A stretch of 64,000 nucleotides of DNA from positions 5,520 through 69,519 of the forward strand of contig CAWAKE010000011.1 in assembly GCA_963782535.1 (NCBI GenBank). Reading direction: 5' to 3'. Of the stretch, positions 1-8,805 are shown piece by piece. The position numbers and the translations under genes are program-made. The notes beneath the pieces were generated by a model, which saw only the letters and a program-made list of their open reading frames with translations, was not told where the DNA came from and made no database searches. This DNA is from an uncultured delta proteobacterium (GTDB lineage: Bacteria > Desulfobacterota > Binatia > Binatales > Binataceae). Positions within the stretch are counted from its first letter, which is position 1. Every line of letters starts with the position of its first letter.

Positions 1-965
1 CCCTGGTCCGCGCCAAAACGGGTGACCCGTCGGCGCGGGTCAGTGCGCTCACCACGCTGCCCGGTCATGCCGGGCAGAGCTACAGCTTCGAACTCGAAAC
101 CGGCGGCGCACGCGAGCGTCTGGTCCTGCGGCTCGCACCCGAGGGCGTGCGCCCGGTCGGCACGGCCGACGTCGTGCGCCAGGCTCGCATCATGAAGTCG
201 CTCGAAGGGACGGCGGTGCCGGTGCCTCCGGTGCGCTGGCTCGACGACGATCCCGGGGCCTTCGGACGGCCGTACTTCGTGGTTGGGTTCGTCGATGGCG
301 ACAAGCTCGCGATGGGCGAGCAGGAGCATTCGGCGGCCGATCAGCAGCGTTTCGCGCGTTCAATCGTCGAGAAACTGGCGGCACTCCACGCGGTCGCGTG
401 GGAGCCGCGGCGTGCGGTATGGGGCGAGCCGCGTCCGCTGCTCGAAGAGATGGAGCGTTTCGACGCGTTGCTCGACCGTCCCATGCTCGATCCCAAGACC
501 ACCGTCGGCGCCGCCGAACTGCGCGAGCGCCTGCGCGCGACGATGCCGCCCGCGCCGCGCATCGGCTGCGTTCACGGCGACTTCCAATGGTCCAACTCGC
601 TATGCGCCGGCGACGGCGTGCAGGTGGTAATCGATTGGGAACTCGCGCAAATCGGCGCCGTGCTGATCGATCTCGGATGGCTCTGCTTTTTCTCCGACCG
701 CAAGAGCTGGGTCGATCAATCGCTGATTCCACCTCACGCGCCGACCCCCGAGGCGCTCGCCGAGCTCTACCGAAAAGCCGTCGCCTGGCCGGTTACCGAC
801 GCCGACCTGCGCTGGTTTCGCGCTTTCGCCGCATATCGTTTTGGCTCGATCACGGCGTTTAACCTGATGTTGCATCGACGCGGTAAACGCCCCGACCCGA
901 CCTGGGAGGATATCGCATTATCGTCCCCGCTTTTTTTCGAGCGCGGACGCGAAATACTCGGCTGA
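1..965 (+). CDS. phosphotransferase (APH/choline-kinase-like fold) family protein; 5' end lies outside the window
   Basis: The frame of ORF 147..965 stays open back to base 3 (..LPGHAGQSYSFELETGG..). It carries the catalytic-loop motif HGDFQWSN and the VIDWELAQIG loop typical of aminoglycoside-phosphotransferase-like kinases. Confidence 0.8.
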   Translation, partial: LVRAKTGDPSARVSALTTLPGHAGQSYSFELETGGARERLVLRLAPEGVRPVGTADVVRQARIMKSLEGTAVPVPPVRWLDDDPGAFGRPYFVVGFVDGDKLAMGEQEHSAADQQRFARSIVEKLAALHAVAWEPRRAVWGEPRPLLEEMERFDALLDRPMLDPKTTVGAAELRERLRATMPPAPRIGCVHGDFQWSNSLCAGDGVQVVIDWELAQIGAVLIDLGWLCFFSDRKSWVDQSLIPPHAPTPEALAELYRKAVAWPVTDADLRWFRAFAAYRFGSITAFNLMLHRRGKRPDPTWEDIALSSPLFFERGREILG

Positions 966-1268
966 TCCGCCAGCCGCCGCACCGGCGAGCCGCCGGCCGA
1001 TCGCCAATATAGATGAACGCCGTCAGGCCAACGGCCCTTTCCCGGCTATCTCATGCCTGATTCCCCCGGCCTACCGACCGGTTTTACGCCGGGCCATCAC
1101 CGCTCCCGAGCGGATTCCACGAGGACTTCGCAATAGAGACGAAATATCTTTTCGCAGTTTGAGGCTACGAATGTCCTATTCTGGCACGTGTCCGAAAGGA
1201 GCTTGCGGTAGTTATATGGCTTTGCTAGCGATGAAACAGTGTGACCTGTCCTTTTTTGAGGCGTCTAA

Positions 1269-2990
1269 ATGAGTGCCGCGGCAGTACGTGAATTCGACCC
1301 CGCCAACGCTGAGGAGCAGGCTCCCGCAGTTGACGCGATTCTCGGTGCAAATCCCTTCGTCGGCATCAATCCGCGCGACGTGCTGGCGTCGCTCGGCCAG
1401 TTCATGCGCAACGCGGCCGCCCATCCCGATAAATTCCGTGGGCGCATGTCCGGCTTTCTGTCCGACCTGATGGCGGTTGCAAGCGGGACATCGGAGATCA
1501 ATCCCGAACCCAACGACCGCCGCTTTGCCGACCCGGCCTTCGCGGAACATCCAGTTTACCGCCGTTTGATGCAGTCCTATCTGGCCTGGCGCGCCGCAAT
1601 GCACGACCTGGTTGGACTCGGCACCGAAACTGCTGCGGGCGAGGATTGGAAGCTGCCGGCGCAGGAGCGCTTCGCGGTGACGCTATTGACCGAGGCGCTC
1701 GCGCCCATCAACACCCTGCTGGGCAATCCGGCCGCGCTCAAACGGGCATTCGATACGGCTGGTCGCAGCCTGCTCGACGGCCTGCGCAATTACGTGACCG
1801 ATATGCTGACCAACGGCGGCATGCCGTCGCAGGTCGATAAGCGGCCGTTCGAAGTCGGCCGCAATCTGGCGGTGACGCCGGGCGCCGTAATTCATCGCGG
1901 CAAGCTCTGCGAGTTAATTCAATATCGGCCCGCGACCGCGCAAGTTTACCAGCGGCCGGTGATGCTGATACCGCCGCAGATCAACAAATATTACGTGATG
2001 GACCTCGCGCCCAAGCGCAGCCTGACCGAATACGCGGTGGCCCACGGGTTGCAATTTTTTACAGTGAGCTGGCGCAATCCGGGACCCAAGGACCGCAACT
2101 TCGGCCTCGACGATTACGTCAATGCGTGCAAGGAGGCCGCGGCGATCGTTGCGGCAGTGAGCGGCAGCCCCGATTTGAACCTGGTCGGGGTTTGCGCCGG
2201 CGGTATTACTTCGTCGGTGCTGCTCGGCCATCTGGCGGCGAGCGGTGACCGGCGTGTGAACGCCGCGACGCTGGTGGTGACAATGCTCGATTCGAGCGAG
2301 CCGTCGATGACCGGGATGTTCGCCAACGAGGAGAGCGTCGCGAGTGCGATCGAAGGCTCAGAGCGCCGGGGCGTGCTTGACGCGGGTTCGCTGGCGCGCA
2401 GCTTCGCCTGGATGCGGCCCAACGATCTGGTGTGGCATTACTGGGTCAACAACTACCTGATGGGACTCGACCCGGCGCCCTTCGACATCCTGTACTGGAA
2501 CGCGGACTCGACCAATTTGCCGGCCAAGCTGCACGCCGGGTTTCTCAACGTGATGCTGCGCAATCCGTTGATCGAAGCCGACGCGCTCAAGGTTCTGGGT
2601 ACACCGATCAATCTGCGCAACGTCGCATGCGACATGTACCTGCTCGCGGGAATGACCGACCATATCTGCCCGTGGCGCGCCTGCTATCGCGCGTCGGGCC
2701 TGTTCGGCGGCCGCACCGAATTCGTTATGAGCGGAAGCGGCCACGTGCAGAGCCTGGTCTGCCCGCCGGCGAACTTTAAGGCCAAATACTTTACCAACTC
2801 GAACCGCGGGCCCGATCCCGACGAATGGCTCAAGGGCGGCACCGAGCATAAGGGCTCATGGTGGGATAACTGGCTGGAATGGATCGAACAGCGTTCGGGT
2901 GACAAGCGCCCGGCGCCGGCGGCGCTCGGCGGGGCCGGTTATGAGGCGATCGAGCCTGCGCCGGGACTCTACGTTCATCAGCACGCCTGA
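1269..2990 (+). CDS. phaC: poly(3-hydroxyalkanoate) synthase, class I/II type
   Basis: 573-aa ORF with the lipase-box-like GVCAGG (G-x-C-x-G) carrying the catalytic Cys, plus conserved PhaC blocks (FTVSWRNP, ILYWNADSTNLP, DHICPW). GAGG lies 7 nt upstream of the ATG. Confidence 0.9.
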   Translation: MSAAAVREFDPANAEEQAPAVDAILGANPFVGINPRDVLASLGQFMRNAAAHPDKFRGRMSGFLSDLMAVASGTSEINPEPNDRRFADPAFAEHPVYRRLMQSYLAWRAAMHDLVGLGTETAAGEDWKLPAQERFAVTLLTEALAPINTLLGNPAALKRAFDTAGRSLLDGLRNYVTDMLTNGGMPSQVDKRPFEVGRNLAVTPGAVIHRGKLCELIQYRPATAQVYQRPVMLIPPQINKYYVMDLAPKRSLTEYAVAHGLQFFTVSWRNPGPKDRNFGLDDYVNACKEAAAIVAAVSGSPDLNLVGVCAGGITSSVLLGHLAASGDRRVNAATLVVTMLDSSEPSMTGMFANEESVASAIEGSERRGVLDAGSLARSFAWMRPNDLVWHYWVNNYLMGLDPAPFDILYWNADSTNLPAKLHAGFLNVMLRNPLIEADALKVLGTPINLRNVACDMYLLAGMTDHICPWRACYRASGLFGGRTEFVMSGSGHVQSLVCPPANFKAKYFTNSNRGPDPDEWLKGGTEHKGSWWDNWLEWIEQRSGDKRPAPAALGGAGYEAIEPAPGLYVHQHA

Positions 2991-3061
2991 ACGCAATATC
3001 AAATCCCGCGTGGACTTAGGCGCGGCCGGTGGAATTCAAGCGCCGGGGGGAGGAGAAAGTA

Positions 3062-3414
3062 ATGGCAGCGAGCAGGGTACTAACCAAGGATCTCGACACG
3101 CGGCTGGGCGCGGTCGAAGCGCGGCTCGGCGAAATGGCCGACATGCTCAAGCGGCTCAGGAGCAGGCGCGTCAGGCGCAGGCCGAAGCGCAATCAGCCGC
3201 GAACCGGTGCACCGCAGCCGCAGCGGCAGCCAACCGGATCGCCGAGGCCCAGGCGGCGACGCATCAGGCGGCGTCCAACGGCAACGGCAACGGCAATGGC
3301 TACGCGGGTTCCGACGACAAGCTCTCGCAGCTTGAATCGGCGGTCGGGCGGCTCGACGATCGGGTCGAAAGGATTACGCAGACGCTGATTCAGCAGGCTC
3401 ATCGGTTCAGTTGA
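3062..3414 (+). pseudogene. small Ala/Gln-rich coiled-coil protein immediately downstream of phaC (phasin-like by position only); reading frame changes near 3150
   Basis: GGAGGAG lies 6 nt before ATG 3062, which opens MAASRVLTKDLDTRLGAVEARLGEMADMLK and then degenerates into an Arg-rich tail. The adjacent frame from about 3150 reads AAQEQARQAQAEAQ..NGNGNGNG..LSQLESAVGRLDDRVERITQTLIQQAHRFS to the stop at 3412-3414, but has no ATG/GTG/TTG of its own. Confidence 0.5.
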
Positions 3415-3576
3415 TCGGAGTCCGCCGCCGGACCACCACGGCCGCGTACGATGCGGCAGGCGGGTCGTTGAATAGTTCACACGACCTCGCGAAGCAGGCA
3501 TCGAAGACTCGCCTTCAGGGATGCGCGCGAAGATGCGGGCGCGGGTAGATTACCGCCAGGCGCCGGGCAATCGGAA

Positions 3577-4299
3577 TCAACGGGCAGCGAGCACTTCGGC
3601 GAGATGAAAGGTCTCGATCTCAAGGCCCTGCCGATGTAGCGCGCCGCCAATCTGCATCAGGCATCCACAGTCGTTGGCGATGACGGCGGTGGCGCCGCTC
3701 TCCTTGATACGCACGATTTTATCCTCGACCATCGCGGCCGAAATGTGCGGGAACTTGACCGAGAAGACTCCGCCGAAGCCGCAACATTCCTCCGGATTGC
3801 GAAAGTCCACCATCCGCAGATTCTGCACGGCGCCGAGCAGCAGGCGCGGTTCGTCAACCACGCGCAATTCGCGCGTGAGGTGACAGGCCGGATGGTAAAC
3901 GGCGGTGCGATCGAAGCGTGCGCCGACGTATTTGACCTTGACCACGTTTACCAGGAATTGCGAAAACTCGAACAGCCACGGACGCATCGCAGCCGCCTTG
4001 GCCGCAAGCGCCGGCTCGCCGGCGAGCAGATCGGAATAGAAAATTCGGACCATGCTGGTGCATGAGCCGGACGGGATGACGACCGGGATGCCGGGCTCGC
4101 ACGATTTCAAAAAGCGCCGCGCCAGATCGACCGCCTCGCCGCGCAGCCCCTCGTTGAAGGGCGCCTGCGCGCAGCAGAACGCGCCGCGCACCGGGCGGAC
4201 CTTGAGCTTGAGACGCTCCAGTACGAGGGCGGCCGACTGGATCACCGAGGGATAGAATTCCTCGGCCAGGCAGGTCGCGAACAGTCTAACTTCGGTCAT
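3577..4299 (-). CDS. lutA: lactate utilisation protein A, (Fe-S)-binding CCG-domain oxidoreductase
   Basis: Has the N-terminus MTEVRLFATCLAEEFYP and two cysteine-rich CCG-type motifs (CCAQAPFNEG, EECCGFGG). It is the last gene of a lutB-lutC-lutA string. Start taken at ATG 4299 rather than TTG 4314. Confidence 0.85.
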   Translation of the reverse strand: MTEVRLFATCLAEEFYPSVIQSAALVLERLKLKVRPVRGAFCCAQAPFNEGLRGEAVDLARRFLKSCEPGIPVVIPSGSCTSMVRIFYSDLLAGEPALAAKAAAMRPWLFEFSQFLVNVVKVKYVGARFDRTAVYHPACHLTRELRVVDEPRLLLGAVQNLRMVDFRNPEECCGFGGVFSVKFPHISAAMVEDKIVRIKESGATAVIANDCGCLMQIGGALHRQGLEIETFHLAEVLAAR

Positions 4300-4323
4300 C
4301 GGCGAGCCTTTCAAATTGGCGAA

Positions 4324-5022
4324 TCATGCCGGGTTGGGCCAGATGGCTATCGCGTAAAGTTTTTTCGGTCCATGCACGCCGAGCACGATCATCTTTTCGA
4401 TGTCGGCGGTGCGGCTCGGCCCGGTGATCATCGCGACACGCTTTGCCGTGAACGCCGCGGCGCCGATGGCGGCGATCGCCGCGGCGAGATCCGGGCGCAT
4501 CCGATCGGCGTTGACAACGATCAGATTGGCGGGCGGCAGCAAGGTCAGCGAGTTAGGGCTGGCTGGCGTGCCGATGACGGCGAAGGTCCCGGTCGCGGCG
4601 ATGGCCGCGTCGGCCTCGACCACGCCAAGGTCGCATCCTGCAACGCGTTCGCGAAAATTCGTGCGCCCGCTATCGTCGCTCGCGCCGGGCTGGATGACCG
4701 CGATGCCGGCCTGCTCGAGCGCGCGCGCCACGGCTGCGGTATCGAGCGTGACACCGGCGCCGATCGCAGCGGTGCGGGCGCCGATTTCGCGGGCCAGAAC
4801 GACTGCGCGCGTGCGAATTTCGTCGGGCGAAAAAGTTCCGAGGAAGGCGCCGCCGACCGCTTCGAGTTCGCGGGCAAATTGCGAGATGAGCTCGGCGCGG
4901 CGGGCGTCGTGAGTCACCGGCACGACTACGTTCTCCGCCGCGGGGGTGTGCGGCGGCTGAGCGCTCGGCGGGCGTTCGAGCGCCGCCTTCACGGTGGCGA
5001 TTATTTTGTGAAACGCGCTCAT
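4324..5022 (-). CDS. lutC: lactate utilisation protein C (LUD domain)
   Basis: Only the part from ATG 5022 (MSAFHKIIATVKAAL..) of ORF 4324..5520 looks protein-like. The upstream extension is Arg/Ala/Pro-rich and overlaps lutB. It sits between lutB and lutA. Confidence 0.8.
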   Translation of the reverse strand: MSAFHKIIATVKAALERPPSAQPPHTPAAENVVVPVTHDARRAELISQFARELEAVGGAFLGTFSPDEIRTRAVVLAREIGARTAAIGAGVTLDTAAVARALEQAGIAVIQPGASDDSGRTNFRERVAGCDLGVVEADAAIAATGTFAVIGTPASPNSLTLLPPANLIVVNADRMRPDLAAAIAAIGAAAFTAKRVAMITGPSRTADIEKMIVLGVHGPKKLYAIAIWPNPA

Positions 5023-5047
5023 CGGGATTGCGGCCTCGCGCCGGCGG

Positions 5048-6478
5048 TCATGGGTTGCCCCGCGTTTTACGGCGGCGCGCGCCGGGCGCCGGGAAGTCGC
5101 GGCCCCAGCGCGTCCAGTTCCTGAACGGCCCGGGCATCCGGCGGATATAACCGCCGCGCGAGAGCGGCCGCAAGATCGCGCCGCCGATTCTGCCGAGCAG
5201 GCGCAGCGTGCGCGGATAACGCGCCATCCGCGCGAAACGCCGCACGCCGGCGCGCGCGCGGCGGGCGTCGGCGGGCCATTTGGCCGGCGGCTGCGCGAGG
5301 TTCTCTTTGGCCCGCAGGTGCAGCAGGATGCGCGGGATGTCGATCTTGACCGGGCAGATATCGCGGCAGGCGCCGCACAGGGTCGAGGCAAACGGCAACT
5401 TCGCGGCGGCACTGCCGAATAGATTGGGGCTGACGATCGAGCCGATCGGGCCCGGGTAGGGCGAGTTATAGGCGTGGCCACCGATGCGCCGGTAAACCGG
5501 GCAGACGTTGAGGCAGGCACCGCAGCGCAGGCAATAGAGCGCCTCGCGCATGACCGGATCGGCCAACATCGCGCTGCGCCCGTTATCGAGGATGACGACG
5601 TGCATCGTGCGCGGACCGTCGAGCTCGCCTTCGCGGCGCGGGCCGCTGATGAAGTTGGTGTAGGTGGTCAGCTTCTGGCCGGTGCCGGTGCGCGCGAGGA
5701 TTTCGAGAAAGTGCGATAGGTCGTCGAGCCTGGGAATTACCTTCTCGAGGCCCATCACGGCGACGAAGGTTTCGGGCAGCGTGCTGGTGAGGCGGCCGTT
5801 GCCCTCGTTTTCGATCAGCACCAGGGTGCCGGTTTCCGCGATCGCGAAGTTGACCCCGGTAACGCCCATGTCGGCGCCGAGGAAAATCGATCGCAGGCGC
5901 TCGCGCGCGGCCGCGGTCAGGATTTCGGGCTCGGCGCTGTAGGCGATGCCGAGCTGGTCGGCGAAGAGCTGTCCGATGTCTTCCTTCGACAGATGGATGG
6001 CGGGCGTGATGATGTGCGAGGGGCGTTCGCGGCGCAGTTGCACGATGTACTCGCCGAGGTCGGTCTCGACCACCTCCATGCCCGCCGCCTCCATCGCCGG
6101 ATTAAGGTCGATCTCCTCGGTGGTCATCGACTTGCCCTTGACCACGCGTTTGGCGCCGGCCTTACGGGCGACCTTGAGGATGTAGTCGCGGGCCTCGGCG
6201 GCGTCGGCGGCGACAAACACTTTGCAACCGTTGGCTTCGAGCTTTTGCTTGAGCTCGATCAGCAGTTCGTCGAGCCGTCCGATAGCGTCTTCCTTGATGC
6301 GGCGGGCGGCGTCGCGCTCGTCGCCGTAGCGCGGGAATTCGGCGCGCATCTCGGCGACGTGCTCGAGATGGCGGCCGGTGGACTTTTCGAGCTTGCGGCG
6401 CAGATCGGCATCGGCCACGCCGGCGCGGCTGGTCGCGAAGAAATCGGGTGTGGGCGCGGGTTTAGCGGTGGCCATCAC
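5048..6478 (-). CDS. lutB: lactate utilisation protein B, 4Fe-4S LUD-domain protein
   Basis: 476 aa with two ferredoxin-type motifs, CLRCGACLNVCPVY and CGACRDICPVKI. The N-terminal LUD-type region and basic C-terminal tail are typical of YkgF/LutB. Confidence 0.9.
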   Translation of the reverse strand: MMATAKPAPTPDFFATSRAGVADADLRRKLEKSTGRHLEHVAEMRAEFPRYGDERDAARRIKEDAIGRLDELLIELKQKLEANGCKVFVAADAAEARDYILKVARKAGAKRVVKGKSMTTEEIDLNPAMEAAGMEVVETDLGEYIVQLRRERPSHIITPAIHLSKEDIGQLFADQLGIAYSAEPEILTAAARERLRSIFLGADMGVTGVNFAIAETGTLVLIENEGNGRLTSTLPETFVAVMGLEKVIPRLDDLSHFLEILARTGTGQKLTTYTNFISGPRREGELDGPRTMHVVILDNGRSAMLADPVMREALYCLRCGACLNVCPVYRRIGGHAYNSPYPGPIGSIVSPNLFGSAAAKLPFASTLCGACRDICPVKIDIPRILLHLRAKENLAQPPAKWPADARRARAGVRRFARMARYPRTLRLLGRIGGAILRPLSRGGYIRRMPGPFRNWTRWGRDFPAPGARRRKTRGNP

Positions 6479-6500
6479 GCCCTGGCGGGTAATAATTCAT

Positions 6501-6588
6501 CGTTGAAGAACGCAAAACCATTATCTTCGCTGAGACCTCGCCGAGGCTTCAGACTTCCCATTTGGATAAAACATACGGGCTTCGCCCG
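6501..6588 (-). repeat. dispersed hairpin repeat, copy A (reverse orientation), between the SirB1-like gene stop and the lutB start
   Basis: The reverse complement reads CCAAATGGGAAGTCTGAAGCCTCGGCGAGGTCTCAGCGAAGATAATGGTTTTGCGTTCTTCAACG. This aligns by eye with copies at 15802, 25934, 27025, 27395 and 50648. Confidence 0.8.
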
Positions 6589-6657
6589 CCGAAACCCAAT
6601 CGCGGCTAACGTGCGAGCCCGCGCCTCGAGCAAAGCACCCTGAGAGATCCGGCACAA

Positions 6658-7482
6658 TCAATTGATGCGGGCGACCTGGCGCATCAGGCGCATAACGCAT
6701 TCGCGTGCGCCGTCGGCGTTGGGATGCTCGGGGGCCTGCGCGATGAAGCTCTGGAAATCCTCGAGGGCCGGCCCGAAACATTCGAGCCGTTCGTAAACCG
6801 TGGCGCGTTCGAGCAGTTCGTCGAGCGCGTGCGGATCAAGCATCAGGATTCGATCGAGCGCGGCCAGCGAGCGCTGCCAGTCGGCGCCACTGGCGTAAAT
6901 ATTTTTCAGATTACGCAACATCCGGGCGAGGATCTGACGAGCGCCGACTGCCTTGAGCATTATCGGATTCAGATCAACCGGCTGGCCGTAAATCTGCGTC
7001 AGGCGTGCCTTGATTTCGTCAAGGCTGAGGATCATGCCGGCGTTGAACGGGTCGATGATCAGTTCGCCGCGCTCGTCGACCGCCTTGACCAGGAAATGGG
7101 CTGGAAAGGAGACACCGAAGAGATTGAGGCCGAGGCGCCGGCCGATCTCGATGTAAAGGACGGCGAGCGTAATCGGGATGCCGAGGCGGCGTTCGAGTAC
7201 GTCGTTGAGAAAGGAGTTGCGAGGATCGCCGAAGGCGTCGCGATTTCCGTCGAAACCCTTCTGTCCGAACAGAAACTCCGACAGCAACTGAACCTTTTCG
7301 ATGGTGTCCTGGCCGGCCCGCACCAGCGGCTCCGCTTCGGCGGTGAGGGCGGCGATCTGCTCGAGGTATTTCTCGACGTCGAGGTCGGGATATTCCTCCT
7401 TGGCGATCAGCAGCGCACTGCGCATCAACGGAATCGGTTCGCGCGCGGTCAGCGTCGAAAATTCACGTCTGGCATCGTTCAT
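6658..7482 (-). CDS. SirB1/YchA-like protein (transglutaminase-like N-terminal region plus TPR-like C-terminus)
   Basis: 274-aa ORF. The pattern LMRSALLIAKEEYPDLDVEKYLEQI..GFDGNRDAFGDPRNSFLNDVLERRLGIPITLAVLY matches my recollection of the SirB1 N-terminal family. Confidence 0.7.
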   Translation of the reverse strand: MNDARREFSTLTAREPIPLMRSALLIAKEEYPDLDVEKYLEQIAALTAEAEPLVRAGQDTIEKVQLLSEFLFGQKGFDGNRDAFGDPRNSFLNDVLERRLGIPITLAVLYIEIGRRLGLNLFGVSFPAHFLVKAVDERGELIIDPFNAGMILSLDEIKARLTQIYGQPVDLNPIMLKAVGARQILARMLRNLKNIYASGADWQRSLAALDRILMLDPHALDELLERATVYERLECFGPALEDFQSFIAQAPEHPNADGARECVMRLMRQVARIN

Positions 7483-7529
7483 GGGTCATCACCATCCGAT
7501 TCAGTGATATTCCATTTGCGGGTTGCGGC

Positions 7530-8648
7530 TCAACCCGTCGCGCGCGCCAACGCCAGCGCAATTTCGGCGGCGGCCGCCGGATCGGATTCGCGTGTGCGGG
7601 CGGCTTCGAGCGTGTGCCGCGCGGCACCGCCGCCGAGTTCTCCGAGCGCCCACGCCGCGTGGCTGCGCACCAGCGCCTCTGGCTCGGCCGCGAGCGTGCG
7701 GGCGAGGATCGCGATCGCGTCGCGATTGCCGCTGTTGCCGAGCACGACCGCGGCGTTGCGCAACAATCCGCGGCGCTTGGTGCGCCGGATCGCGCTCTTG
7801 CCGAAGCGCCGGCGAAAGCCGTCCTCATCCAACATCATTAAATCGCCCAGCGTCGGCATCAAGGCTTCGTTGACCGGCGCCGCGCGGGCGTGGTCGTCGT
7901 TCCACGGGCAGACCTCCTGACAGACGTCGCAGCCGAAAATCCAGTTGCCGATGCGCGGGCGCATCTCGAGCGGCAGCGCTCCGCGATGTTCGATCGTCAG
8001 ATATGAGATGCACAGCCGCGGCTCGAGCCGGTAGCCGTCGCTCAAAGCCCCGGTCGGACACAGGTCGAGGCATCGGCGACAGCTCCCGCAATGTTCGCGA
8101 TAGGGTTCGCCGGCGGGCGCGAACTCGACGTCGGTCAGGATTTCGGCCAGAAAAAAATACGATCCGAAATAGCGGTTGAGCAGGTTGGTGTTACGCCCGA
8201 ACCAACCAAGGCGCGCCTCAGCCGCCCATTCGCGCTCCAGCACCGGACCGGTATCGACATAGACCCGGCTGAGCGCGCCCGCAACGGCGGCGGCTAAATC
8301 GTCGGCGACGGCGCGCGCGTGGCGCAAGACCACATCGTGATAATCCGGGCCGAGCGCGTAGGCGGCGATACGGCCGCGCAGTTCGGTACGCCAGTCGAAA
8401 TCGGGGGGCCGCGGCGGCGTGTAGGGATAGGCCAGGCTTACGACCGAGCGCAGGCGCGGGTCGAGGATCCGCGGATCGATACGCCGGGCGGGATCGCGCG
8501 CGAGCCATGCCATCTCGGCGGGGCGGCCCTCGGCGATCCATTGGTCGAAGAATTCGCGGCGCTCGTCGAGTGCTCGCAGGGGCGCGAAACCGGTCAAAAT
8601 AAAACCATGTTCCTTTGCGGACGCGGCGATTATCTCCGCGGCATTCAT
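7530..8648 (-). CDS. queG: tRNA epoxyqueuosine(34) reductase
   Basis: Has two 4Fe-4S motifs, CGSCRRCLDLCPTGAL and CDVCQEVCPWN, followed by a HEAT-like C-terminus (NAAVVLGNSGNRDAIAIL..HAAWALGELGG). The length of 372 aa fits. Confidence 0.9.
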   Translation of the reverse strand: MNAAEIIAASAKEHGFILTGFAPLRALDERREFFDQWIAEGRPAEMAWLARDPARRIDPRILDPRLRSVVSLAYPYTPPRPPDFDWRTELRGRIAAYALGPDYHDVVLRHARAVADDLAAAVAGALSRVYVDTGPVLEREWAAEARLGWFGRNTNLLNRYFGSYFFLAEILTDVEFAPAGEPYREHCGSCRRCLDLCPTGALSDGYRLEPRLCISYLTIEHRGALPLEMRPRIGNWIFGCDVCQEVCPWNDDHARAAPVNEALMPTLGDLMMLDEDGFRRRFGKSAIRRTKRRGLLRNAAVVLGNSGNRDAIAILARTLAAEPEALVRSHAAWALGELGGGAARHTLEAARTRESDPAAAAEIALALARATG

Positions 8649-8805
8649 CGGATTGACGCTCCCAGGCAGTCGGCCAGCGGAGCGGGCGGGCTTTCGATAG
8701 CTTGTTTCATACTTGCAACAAGGTTGCCATTAGGACTATTAGTACAATCGTCGGCATCTAAAAGCATCTTAGCGACATTAAGCCATCGTATAGAGAAAGT
8801 AAGCC

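Noticed and set aside
190-732. 180-aa minus-strand ORF, together with several other overlapping ORFs inside the phosphotransferase gene
   Set aside because: The translations are Arg/Ala/Pro/Ser-rich, typical of off-frame or antisense reading of GC-rich coding DNA. The plus-strand frame has clear kinase motifs.
1182-1206. TGGCAC ... TTGC upstream of phaC, resembling a sigma-54 promoter
   Set aside because: The GG and GC elements are about 22 nt apart instead of the required 12, so this is not a -24/-12 promoter.
4324-5520. Long N-terminal extensions offered by the ORF track for lutC (to 5520). The same pattern applies to cysH (from 29235), the SDR gene (from 52026), uspA (from 54855), the hydrolase (from 60291), the BNR gene (to 56787) and the second MOSC gene (to 46173).
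   Set aside because: The extensions overlap upstream genes or IS630 and read as Arg-rich junk. Internal starts with SD sequences and family-typical N-termini were used instead.
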